DNA from: an uncultured Candidatus Saccharibacteria bacterium
GTDB lineage: Bacteria > Patescibacteriota > Saccharimonadia > Saccharimonadales > AWTP1-31
DNA length: 64,000 nt
Direction of reading: 5' to 3'
Assembly: GCA_964409615.1 (NCBI GenBank)
Contig: CAYPDT010000001.1
Location: 142,629 to 206,628, forward strand
The translations under genes and the position numbers were made by a program. Below are positions 28,883 through 36,714 of the stretch, in pieces (within the stretch, counting starts at the first letter, position 1; every line of letters starts with the position of its first letter). The notes under the pieces are model-generated. The model did not search any database. It saw only the letters and a program-made list of their open reading frames with translations, and was not told the DNA's origin.

Positions 28883-28911
28883 ATTATACAATATATAGTA
28901 ATTTATTACAA
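28883..28911 (-). promoter_or_regulatory. Promoter TTGTAA-17-TATAAT for the CAP-domain gene
   Basis: Minus strand: TTGTAA at 28911->28906, TATAAT at 28888->28883. Predicted TSS is near 28876. Confidence 0.45.
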
Positions 28912-28916
28912 TACTA

Positions 28917-29963
28917 TTAGCAAATTATCCCGCCGCCGGCTACCTCTTGACCGACATACAGCACTGCCGACTGGCCGGGAGTGGCTGCTCGAATTTCGTC
29001 ATCTAATTTGATAATTACTTCTGCACCTGAAACTTGGAGCTGTCCTTTCACCAAGGGCGCGCGGTGCCTCGTACGTATTTTAACCGGAGAACCACTTGTT
29101 AGTGGTTTAGCAATCCAATGCATATCTGTCAGCGTAAGTGTATCTGCCCACAAACGCTCATCATCGAGCTGACGAGTAACGTAAACTTCGTTCTTGGCCA
29201 TATTCTTACTGGTTACGTAGTATGGCACGCCTCCTCCAACGTCGAGACCGTGGCGCTGGCCGATGGTATAAAAGATGGCGCCCTCGTGTCGCCCTACCTT
29301 AACGCCTAGATTATCGATAATGTCTCCTGGTTTTTGGGGGCCAAGTTCGTGAACCAGGAAATCTTTAATTCCCACCTTGCCCACAAAACAGATACCCATG
29401 CTCTCTTTTTTTGTAGCCGTCACCAGCCCAAACTTTTCTGCTAGTTTGCGAACTTCTGGCTTGGTATATTCACCAAGTGGGAACAGGGTGTGTTTAAGGG
29501 CGTCCTCGGTCACTCGGTATAAGAAGTATGTTTGATCTTTATTATCATCTTTTGCACGAAGCAGTTTGCCGTCTTTAACACGGGCATAGTGACCAGTGGC
29601 AATCATGTCGGCCCCATCCTGCAAGCAGGTTTCTAAGAAAATTTTAAACTTTACTTCTTGATTGCACATGATATCAGGGTTGGGTGTACGACCAGCTTGG
29701 TATTCAGCCAACATGTAGTCGACGACTTTTTGACGATATTCTTTTTGGAAATCATACATCTTGAACGGTATCCCCAGCTGCACAGCCACACGCTTTGCGT
29801 CTTGATAATCCTCTTTCCAAGGGCACGGCATGCCTGGCAAGTCCTGGCTCCAGTTCTTCATATAGACACCGGTAACGTCGTAACCAGCTTCTTTCAATAG
29901 CGCGGCAGTCACTGATGAGTCAACCCCACCACTGAGGCCAACATATACTTTGGTATGTTTCAT
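28917..29963 (-). CDS. mnmA: tRNA-specific 2-thiouridylase MnmA
   Basis: PP-loop VGLSGGVDSSV, catalytic Cys region NPDIMCN, and the typical length and C-terminal barrel. Confidence 0.95.
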   Translation of the reverse strand: MKHTKVYVGLSGGVDSSVTAALLKEAGYDVTGVYMKNWSQDLPGMPCPWKEDYQDAKRVAVQLGIPFKMYDFQKEYRQKVVDYMLAEYQAGRTPNPDIMCNQEVKFKIFLETCLQDGADMIATGHYARVKDGKLLRAKDDNKDQTYFLYRVTEDALKHTLFPLGEYTKPEVRKLAEKFGLVTATKKESMGICFVGKVGIKDFLVHELGPQKPGDIIDNLGVKVGRHEGAIFYTIGQRHGLDVGGGVPYYVTSKNMAKNEVYVTRQLDDERLWADTLTLTDMHWIAKPLTSGSPVKIRTRHRAPLVKGQLQVSGAEVIIKLDDEIRAATPGQSAVLYVGQEVAGGGIIC

Positions 29964-29979
29964 TGTTAATATTATACCA

Positions 29980-30444
29980 TTAAATTAGTCGTTGCGCCAA
30001 AGCCTGGCTATTCGACTTAAAGAGCTGTTGTAAGCTGAAATCAAACTGTTTTGTGGATGTCCTAATGACGCATCCGCCCGCCAAATTCGGCTGGACTCCA
30101 ACCGATATCAGCGTGTTAGGATGCCCGTTTTCGCGGAACCAACGGATAAGAATTCGGAGAGCACGTTGGCTGGGTTCTGATGCAAAACTAATCTGCACCG
30201 ATGGTGCTGTGCGCCGCACAAATTGCAGCTTCTGGATGAGCTGTTGTCGGTCTTGCGCATGAAGCGGATTGATATCGGCCTGTTTAAGAATTTTATTAAG
30301 TGGCGGGCTCATATACGGCAGCTTACTGGCTGACTTAGAGGCCCCTAGAAATTCATCCAACGCAAACAATTCTCGTTGAATCTTACCCAAGTCGAGGGGA
30401 GTGACGACGGAATCCGGTAACTGTACGCCTGGGTCAGAACTCAC
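29980..30444 (-). CDS. Hypothetical protein with an ATP-synthase-delta/OSCP-like C-terminus
   Basis: C-terminal NLAGGCVIRTSTKQFDFSLQQLF resembles the LIGG.VIR.G...D.S motif of AtpH. No atpA/G/D genes are adjacent. Confidence 0.4.
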   Translation of the reverse strand: MSSDPGVQLPDSVVTPLDLGKIQRELFALDEFLGASKSASKLPYMSPPLNKILKQADINPLHAQDRQQLIQKLQFVRRTAPSVQISFASEPSQRALRILIRWFRENGHPNTLISVGVQPNLAGGCVIRTSTKQFDFSLQQLFKSNSQALAQRLI

Positions 30445-31042
30445 GTTTAATGTCCTCTACAATTGCAGTCTTATTGGCTTCTAGGTTGGTTAGAATAAAC
30501 TTGATTTGATCATCTATTTCTAGATGCGAACCCAGCGTCTGCTGCACGTGATGCGTCACAACATCTGCCATGTTTTGCTGAAAGCGCTCTAGGCGTCGCG
30601 CTTTCTCGATTTTTAGTTCTTTATCAAATTGCTCGCGGACCATCTGCTGATATTCAGAGATTGCCTTATCGATACGTAGAAACGCTTCGTTCATATGCTG
30701 CTGTGCGGCTGCCACAGACTGCTTTTGGTCGGAAAACTCTTCTTTGATAATTTCACCGGCACGCTCTTTGACGTACTCGGTAACCTCTTCACCAATAGAG
30801 TGCAGATCTTGCTGTAAGAATGCCGCATTTTCTTCGAGAGTTCGCTCGAAACGCGCCTCGCCCTTTTCACGGAGGTGTTGACGATACTCTTCGGTAAAAA
30901 GCTCATTGCTCCGGCCACCGCCACCACCACCGCCCCTGACGCGACCGAGACGAATGGCCACCCAAATGAAAGCTAGCAGTACTGCCAGTACACTTCCGAC
31001 CCAGGTCAACAACAGTGCTAGTTGTACGTCCATACCCACCAT
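30434..31042 (-). CDS. Hypothetical membrane-anchored coiled-coil protein (ATP-synthase-b-like architecture)
   Basis: One N-terminal TM, a Gly7 run (RGGGGGGGR), then about 150 aa of charged heptad-like helix. Overlaps the downstream delta-like ORF by 11 nt. Confidence 0.4.
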   Translation of the reverse strand: MVGMDVQLALLLTWVGSVLAVLLAFIWVAIRLGRVRGGGGGGGRSNELFTEEYRQHLREKGEARFERTLEENAAFLQQDLHSIGEEVTEYVKERAGEIIKEEFSDQKQSVAAAQQHMNEAFLRIDKAISEYQQMVREQFDKELKIEKARRLERFQQNMADVVTHHVQQTLGSHLEIDDQIKFILTNLEANKTAIVEDIKREF

Positions 31043-31093
31043 TCAATCTTGCTTATGTATAAAAGTATAGCACGCACTCCCCCGTTCGCTCAT

Positions 31094-31120
31094 ATTTTCC
31101 AAGGTCCGACCTTGGAAAAT
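31094..31120. repeat. Intergenic palindrome family, copy 5: ATTTTCCAAGGTCCGACCTTGGAAAAT (perfect, 27 nt)
   Basis: Read directly. Abuts the cysteine-desulfurase stop codon (31121-31123), and is 51 nt upstream of the start at 31042. Confidence 0.85.
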
Positions 31121-32251
31121 CTAAAGCAGGGAGGCGAGGTTGGAGACGGTGGTCATAACGTCGGCCTTGGTTGTAGAATGGCCCATAGTAAACCGTAGGC
31201 TTGCTTGTGCATCGGCGTCACTCAGACCAATCGCTGTAAGTACATGCGATGGCTCGTCGCTACTTGCGCTACAAGCCGAGCCAACCGCACACATGATTCC
31301 CTTTTCATCAAGTTCCATCATCAACCGTTCGTTGTCGGTGCCTTGGATTGTGATATGTACATTGTTTGGTGATCGATACTTTAAAGAACCGTTGACCACT
31401 GCCTGTGGTAGCTGCTGCGATAACTGGTTGATGAATAATTTTTGCAAGTCTAGCATGCGAGCGTGTTCTGATGCCCGCTTCTTGGCAGCACGTTGAAGTG
31501 CATGACTAAAGCCTATAATACCCGCCACGTTTTCGGTTCCGCTTCTCCGGCCGAATTCTTGGCCACCGCCCACAATCCGGGCAGCTAATTGTACTTTTGC
31601 ACTGGCGTACAGTGCTCCCGATTGCTTAGGACCATAGATTTTACCGCCGTTAAGCGTCATCATGTCAACACCGAGTCTTGTTGTATGTAGGTCGAAGTAC
31701 AACGGGGCTTGCGCCGCATCGGTATGAAAGTATAACGGCAGAGGATTGCCTTGTGCCTGACGGTGCTGTCGGATATCATCTAACGCTTTAGCAATACGAG
31801 CTACAGGCATTACGGTTCCGAGCTCGTTGTTAACATACATCACGCTCACCAACACCGTATTATCAGTAATAAGGTGCACTAATTGGTCGACATCAACTCG
31901 CCCATCTGCTTTAACGGGTGCTAAACTGTGACTATATTCTTTCGCAGATTCCAAGACCGAATCGTGCTCCACCGCGCTAACCACCATATGAGCACCCGCA
32001 AACTGACTCATGACACCATGAATTCCTAAGTTATTGGCTTCGGTACCGCCTGCTGTAAAGGTGATTTCTGCCGGGCGTACACCCATGGTTTTGGCTACGG
32101 TATGACGAGCCTCGGCAATATCTTTTGCTACAGCCTTTGCATCGAGATACAAGGCACTTGGATTATAAAAACGCTCCGTAAAATACGGCGTCATGCTTTC
32201 TAAAACGATTGGGTCGAGCGGTGTTGCTGCTGCATGATCAAGATAAATCAT
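31121..32251 (-). CDS. Cysteine desulfurase (class V aminotransferase, NifS/IscS-like)
   Basis: MIYLDHAAATPL, FTAGGTEANN, SGTENV and the active-site loop GSACSAS. Confidence 0.85.
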   Translation of the reverse strand: MIYLDHAAATPLDPIVLESMTPYFTERFYNPSALYLDAKAVAKDIAEARHTVAKTMGVRPAEITFTAGGTEANNLGIHGVMSQFAGAHMVVSAVEHDSVLESAKEYSHSLAPVKADGRVDVDQLVHLITDNTVLVSVMYVNNELGTVMPVARIAKALDDIRQHRQAQGNPLPLYFHTDAAQAPLYFDLHTTRLGVDMMTLNGGKIYGPKQSGALYASAKVQLAARIVGGGQEFGRRSGTENVAGIIGFSHALQRAAKKRASEHARMLDLQKLFINQLSQQLPQAVVNGSLKYRSPNNVHITIQGTDNERLMMELDEKGIMCAVGSACSASSDEPSHVLTAIGLSDADAQASLRFTMGHSTTKADVMTTVSNLASLL

Positions 32252-32264
32252 AAGCTACCTCGGG

Positions 32265-32633
32265 CTACACTTGGCTATAAATCTCGTTTTTAACACGCTG
32301 TCGATATAACTGTGCGGCATCACGAAGATGACGAGCTTCATCGGACGTCACATACTGATAACGATTACCATCCTGTGCTTTCAAAATACCGTTGGGCCGT
32401 ACATCATATCGAGTCGTCTTGCTGCGTGGTTGACCATTTTCGTCGGTCCACTCTTCGTGCCATACCCATGTACGAGCATCGAGGCAAAAGAACTCTCTTC
32501 GACCGCCTTCTGGTACTGGCCCAAAAAGTGTGCCACCAATTTTAGCTTCATGACGGATAAGATTACGGTATAGCTCTGCCCGCCTATCTTCTTGACTCCC
32601 ACCCATGATTATCTTAAAGAGACGCTGAATCAC
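32265..32633 (-). CDS. Hypothetical protein (122 aa)
   Basis: ORF overlaps the upstream ORF by 20 nt, consistent with an operon. No motif recognised. Confidence 0.5.
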   Translation of the reverse strand: MIQRLFKIIMGGSQEDRRAELYRNLIRHEAKIGGTLFGPVPEGGRREFFCLDARTWVWHEEWTDENGQPRSKTTRYDVRPNGILKAQDGNRYQYVTSDEARHLRDAAQLYRQRVKNEIYSQV

Positions 32634-33141
32634 GATTCACCCCTAGGATGTTGGTATCTGCAAACATTTCGCCGGTGAGGCCCTGTTCGGCATAGGCGGC
32701 ATCGATTTGAGCGGCGATTTCGGCCATGCGCGGGTCATCGAGTCGAGTTTCTGCTGTTGGTTGTTGCTGCGGAACTGATTGATCAACTGGGGTAGATTCT
32801 GGCTGACGGTGCGAATACGAGTCGCTAACCATCTGACGATACTGTTCAACATTACTTCCTTGGTCCGTTTCATAGGTGATTTCAGGGGCCGGAGCTACGG
32901 GAGCTTCTAGTTTCTGTGGCTTTGGTGCCTTGGGTGTGTATTCTGCACTACTGTCTTCTGTTGCAAGACGGCCAACACTTTTAGCTCGTTCTGGGGTATC
33001 TGCCGCATGTACTTCATTGGCAACTTTGGTAAGAGCATCAGTGGCCACATTAACATCGTTATAAAAGCGCTCGGACATCACAGAGATGACCTCGGGCGCG
33101 GCTTCAAAAAAGTCTGAGACTGATTCTGGTAAAAATTTCAT
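32614..33141 (-). CDS. Hypothetical protein (175 aa, low-complexity Pro/Glu/Ala-rich centre)
   Basis: ORF lies 5 nt downstream of tatD on the same strand. No motif recognised. Confidence 0.5.
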   Translation of the reverse strand: MKFLPESVSDFFEAAPEVISVMSERFYNDVNVATDALTKVANEVHAADTPERAKSVGRLATEDSSAEYTPKAPKPQKLEAPVAPAPEITYETDQGSNVEQYRQMVSDSYSHRQPESTPVDQSVPQQQPTAETRLDDPRMAEIAAQIDAAYAEQGLTGEMFADTNILGVNRDSASL

Positions 33142-33146
33142 AATGG

Positions 33147-33941
33147 TTAAACGAGTCTAAATAGCCTTTCGGCATTTTGAGTGGTGACACGAGCAAATTC
33201 TTCCGGCGTTTCACCTCTCAATTGGCTCAAAAATGCAGCTGTTACTGCCACATGTTTAGGCTGGCACATTGTACCACGAAAAGGTGCTGGAGTCAAGAAT
33301 GGGGCATCTGTTTCTAGCACTATCCTATCGAGGGGAGCTCCCTTGGCTGCTGCGAGCTGACCAGGGTCTTTGGTGAATGTCATAATGCCGTTCAGTCCAA
33401 TGTGGAGGCCGTGGTCGAGTATGGCCTGCAACTCTGCAACACCAGAACTAAAACTATGCACCACTCCAGGGAGGTTGAACTCTTCGTAAATTGGCCAGAA
33501 ATCCTGCCAGACATCCGTACCCCCGGATTCTTTACTGCCCCGTATATGGAAAATCACTGGCAAATCATTCTCTTGGGCAACAGTTAACTGAAACCGCAAC
33601 ATCGCTTGTTGATCATCTTTCTCTGAGTGCCCATAGTAATAATCAAGCCCAATTTCACCAACAGCTATCACTGTTGGCTGGTTTGCTAGATCGCGAAATT
33701 CTTGCAAAGCTGTAGGGTCGTTAACATATTCTTTTGCTTCATGCGGATGTAAACCAATGCTAGACCAAAGACCTTTGTGCTGTTGTGCTAGCTTAATCGC
33801 CAGCTTGCTGTCTTCTAGCGTACAACCAACGCACATCATTTTGGCGACGCCATCGGCTCGTGCTTCTGAAATTGCTATTTGTGGGTCAACACCATAGTCG
33901 GCAATCTGAATATGGCAATGGGTGTCAACAAGTTGATGCAT
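33147..33941 (-). CDS. tatD: TatD-family metal-dependent DNase/hydrolase
   Basis: LVDTHCHI, GEIGLDYY, VIFHIR, HSFSG and ETDAPFL are the TatD metal-ligand motifs, in order. Confidence 0.9.
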   Translation of the reverse strand: MHQLVDTHCHIQIADYGVDPQIAISEARADGVAKMMCVGCTLEDSKLAIKLAQQHKGLWSSIGLHPHEAKEYVNDPTALQEFRDLANQPTVIAVGEIGLDYYYGHSEKDDQQAMLRFQLTVAQENDLPVIFHIRGSKESGGTDVWQDFWPIYEEFNLPGVVHSFSSGVAELQAILDHGLHIGLNGIMTFTKDPGQLAAAKGAPLDRIVLETDAPFLTPAPFRGTMCQPKHVAVTAAFLSQLRGETPEEFARVTTQNAERLFRLV

Positions 33942-34110
33942 CTTTTAATAGTACACCCAACTAACTGTAGGGTGCCAGCAGCTCATAACCATGTCAGTGT
34001 GTCGTCGGGCCTGCTGTGCCGAGGCACATCCGCAGGCCAGGTAGATTATATTTTTCAATCTAACTGAGACGAGGACAGTGCCGAGGGGCACAGGCCACGA
34101 ACGACACATA

Positions 34111-34698
34111 CTACACGGTGTAGAGGTCGCGGGTAGCTATGTATTCTGCGATTGCGCCACACACTAATCCGCCGACATCATCACCCTGGGCAATTTTCTG
34201 TCGTACCTCGGTGGAACTTACAGTTTCTACTCCCTGTAGTGGTAGTTCAATGATGTTTGGTGCATTTGGTACAGCAAAGCCTTCGCGAGGCACAACTGCC
34301 ATCGGCAAGGTTTGCAGCATCCGCTCCCCTTCGTGCCAGGTAGCCATAGTGGCAACAGAATCAGCACCGAACACAAATCGACAATTTGCACCGTATTCTT
34401 TCTCTACATACCGAACTGCTTTATAGGTTTCGGTTAGTTCGGGTTGATCTAATTCAAATGGGTCTATGAATACTCTTTCGGGTATCGATACTGTCTGTAC
34501 TAGCTTTTCCAATAAGCCAAGCCGATGGATGCGGTCGAGGCCAATAGTTTTGTCGCGTCTTTCGCCAGATGGCAGTAAAACTACCTGACCGCAGTCTGGC
34601 ATTTCAAAACATGCTTCAACGATAGCTCGGTGAGCTTCTGTAGGTGGGTTGAAGCTTCCACCAAATATGAACGTCTCGGGTTTATTTGTTAGTGTCAT
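34111..34698 (-). CDS. nadD: Nicotinate-nucleotide adenylyltransferase
   Basis: FIFGGSFNPPTEAHRAIV (the (H/T)xxH motif) and a C-terminal VSSTEVRQ (ISSTxxR). Start set to ATG 34698. The track's TTG at 34734 is itself the -35 TTGACT of the predicted promoter. Confidence 0.85.
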   Translation of the reverse strand: MTLTNKPETFIFGGSFNPPTEAHRAIVEACFEMPDCGQVVLLPSGERRDKTIGLDRIHRLGLLEKLVQTVSIPERVFIDPFELDQPELTETYKAVRYVEKEYGANCRFVFGADSVATMATWHEGERMLQTLPMAVVPREGFAVPNAPNIIELPLQGVETVSSTEVRQKIAQGDDVGGLVCGAIAEYIATRDLYTV

Positions 34699-34706
34699 AT
34701 TGACAC

Positions 34707-34734
34707 TATATATTATGCGTGATACATTAGTCAA
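34707..34734 (-). promoter_or_regulatory. nadD promoter TTGACT-16-TATATA (near-leaderless)
   Basis: Minus strand: TTGACT at 34734->34729, TATATA at 34712->34707, then 8 nt to the ATG. Confidence 0.45.
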
Positions 34735-34756
34735 GTAATAGTTATTAATACACTAA
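34727..34756. promoter_or_regulatory. 30-bp imperfect dyad TTAGTCAAGTAATAGTTATTAATACACTAA in the nadD/nadE divergent region (candidate NrtR operator)
   Basis: 11 of 15 symmetric pairs match. The outer TTAGT/ACTAA arms and the inner TAATA-GT-TATTA are palindromic. Overlaps the nadD -35. Confidence 0.4.
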
Positions 34757-34772
34757 CTAGTAAGGAACTACT

Positions 34773-36707
34773 ATGGAACGAGAACAATCCACCCTATTCG
34801 AGAAACCAACCGAAGACTATCTGCGTGCATCAAATGGCGTTTTCGAGGTAGCTGTTGCCGACCCTAAGACAAACGTTGAGCGAATTTCGGAGCTATATAG
34901 CAAAGCAGTTAACCAAGGCACACAGTTATTGACCCTGCCGGAACTTGCTGTTACTGGCTATAGTGCAGCTGACTTGTTTTTCGATCAACATGTTTTGGCT
35001 GAAAGTAACATCGCAGTCGAGCGACTAGCCCATCTGACAGAAGGCGGGCCAGCAATAGTCGTTGGAGCGCCCCTCGAAGTAAATGGCTTGCTTTACAACT
35101 GCGCATTTATGTTGGCCAACGGTAAGGTTGCGGGGGTAGTCCCTAAGAGTTACCTGCCGAACAATGGTGAGTTTCGCGAAAAGCGTTGGTTCACTAGTGG
35201 CAGGGGTGTTGTTAATCAAGATATACAACTCGGGAACCAACAAGTGCCTTTTGGGACAGACTTACTCTTTAATGTGAGCGATAAACTAGTCGGTGTTGAG
35301 ATTTGCGAGGACGCCTTTGCTACCGTCTCTCCAGGAAGAATGGCCGCTTTAGCTGGAGCACAGGTGGTGGTTAATCCATCGGCTAGTAATGAGCTTGTCG
35401 GCAAAGCTCCCTACCGCCGAGCATTAGTCACCGGGCACGCCGCCAGCGCCGTGTGTGCTTATGCGTACACATCGGCTGGCGCCGGAGAATCGTATGCCGA
35501 TGTAGTGTATGGCGGGCATCAAATAATCAGTGAGTTAGGCAAATTATCTGCCGAGGTGCAACCATTTACCGAAAGTACCGACCTACTTACCTACGATATT
35601 GATTGTGCATACATAACACACGACCGTCTGAATAATAAGACGTTCGCCGACCAAGCCGCTGAGTACCGAGCCGAGCACCCTTACCGCATAGTCGAGGCGA
35701 ATGCGCCCCAACCAACCGACCAAGAGCTATACCGAACGGTCGACCCTCATCCTTTTGTACCCAGCAATCCTGAAACATTAGACGCTCGATGTGAAGAGAT
35801 ATTTGCCAGTCTTTCATATGGCCTTGCTCGCAATATAAAAGAGAACAACAGCGGCGCAATCGTTATCGGCTTGTCTGGTGGTCTTGACTCAACACTAGCT
35901 TTGCTGACTGCAGTGTATGCCTGCGACCGGCTCGGCTTGAGCTACGACTTCATCCACACCCTAACAATGCCGGGCAAAGCCAGTAGTGACCGAACCCAAG
36001 ATAACGCCACCCTACTTGCCCAGACACTAGGAACAACCCACAAAATAATACCTATCTGCGACCTGGCTAAGCAGACTATGCAAGCCTTTGGGCATGATGG
36101 GGTGACCGAAGATTTAGCATACGAAAATACACAAGCTCGCCTAAGAAAGTCATTACAAGAAAACTATGCTAACACCGTACGTGGACTAGACCTCGGTACC
36201 GGAGATATGAGCGAGATAGCTCAAGGCTGGAACACATTTGCCGGTGACCAAACAAGTATGTTCAATCCACACTCTGGCACTCCAAAAACACTCATCTCGC
36301 ACCTCGTTCGATGGTACGCCAACCGCCGCGCTAATGAAGCAATGGCGCCTGTTTTACACGACATATTAGATACCCCAATCTCGCCAGAATTAACTGGTAG
36401 TGGCGACCTCAGCCAGACTACCGAAACTCGAATCGGACCTTACGAACTACACGACTTCTTCCTGAATGAGCATAAGCGCCGTGGCAGTAGTATTAAAAAA
36501 ATTGGCTTCTTGGCCACGCGCGCCTTTGAAGGCATATACGACGAGCCAACAATCGAACACTGGCTACTAAGCTTCATGCAACGCTACACAAGGAACCAAT
36601 GGAAAATACTTGCTAGCCCTGGCGGCACTAAGATTGGTGAAGTCTCTTTAGGTCAACGCAATGACCACTGCTTGCCTCCTAACCTAGCCCCTGAATGGTA
36701 CTTGTAA
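34773..36707 (+). CDS. nadE: Glutamine-dependent NAD+ synthetase (CN-hydrolase domain plus NAD synthetase domain)
   Basis: N-terminal nitrilase-like domain (LTLPELAVTGY, VEICED) and C-terminal PP-loop GLSGGLDSTLAL. 644 aa. Confidence 0.9.
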   Translation: MEREQSTLFEKPTEDYLRASNGVFEVAVADPKTNVERISELYSKAVNQGTQLLTLPELAVTGYSAADLFFDQHVLAESNIAVERLAHLTEGGPAIVVGAPLEVNGLLYNCAFMLANGKVAGVVPKSYLPNNGEFREKRWFTSGRGVVNQDIQLGNQQVPFGTDLLFNVSDKLVGVEICEDAFATVSPGRMAALAGAQVVVNPSASNELVGKAPYRRALVTGHAASAVCAYAYTSAGAGESYADVVYGGHQIISELGKLSAEVQPFTESTDLLTYDIDCAYITHDRLNNKTFADQAAEYRAEHPYRIVEANAPQPTDQELYRTVDPHPFVPSNPETLDARCEEIFASLSYGLARNIKENNSGAIVIGLSGGLDSTLALLTAVYACDRLGLSYDFIHTLTMPGKASSDRTQDNATLLAQTLGTTHKIIPICDLAKQTMQAFGHDGVTEDLAYENTQARLRKSLQENYANTVRGLDLGTGDMSEIAQGWNTFAGDQTSMFNPHSGTPKTLISHLVRWYANRRANEAMAPVLHDILDTPISPELTGSGDLSQTTETRIGPYELHDFFLNEHKRRGSSIKKIGFLATRAFEGIYDEPTIEHWLLSFMQRYTRNQWKILASPGGTKIGEVSLGQRNDHCLPPNLAPEWYL

Positions 36708-36714
36708 GGTATAC

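Noticed and set aside
30915-30937. GGTGGTGGCGG-type simple repeat
   Set aside because: It simply encodes the Gly7 hinge of the b-like protein, in frame. It is not an intergenic microsatellite.
626-31120. The five palindromes as a CRISPR array or as canonical rho-independent terminators
   Set aside because: They are dispersed 6-10 kb apart, not arrayed with spacers, and no cas genes are present. No U-tract follows the stem on either strand, and two copies have no upstream gene to terminate.
33942-34110. SRP (4.5S) RNA or a tRNA in the nadD-tatD spacer
   Set aside because: The hairpin lacks the SRP helix-8 GNAR tetraloop and the conserved AGCA/GGAA loops. There is no tRNA cloverleaf and no GTTCRA T-arm.
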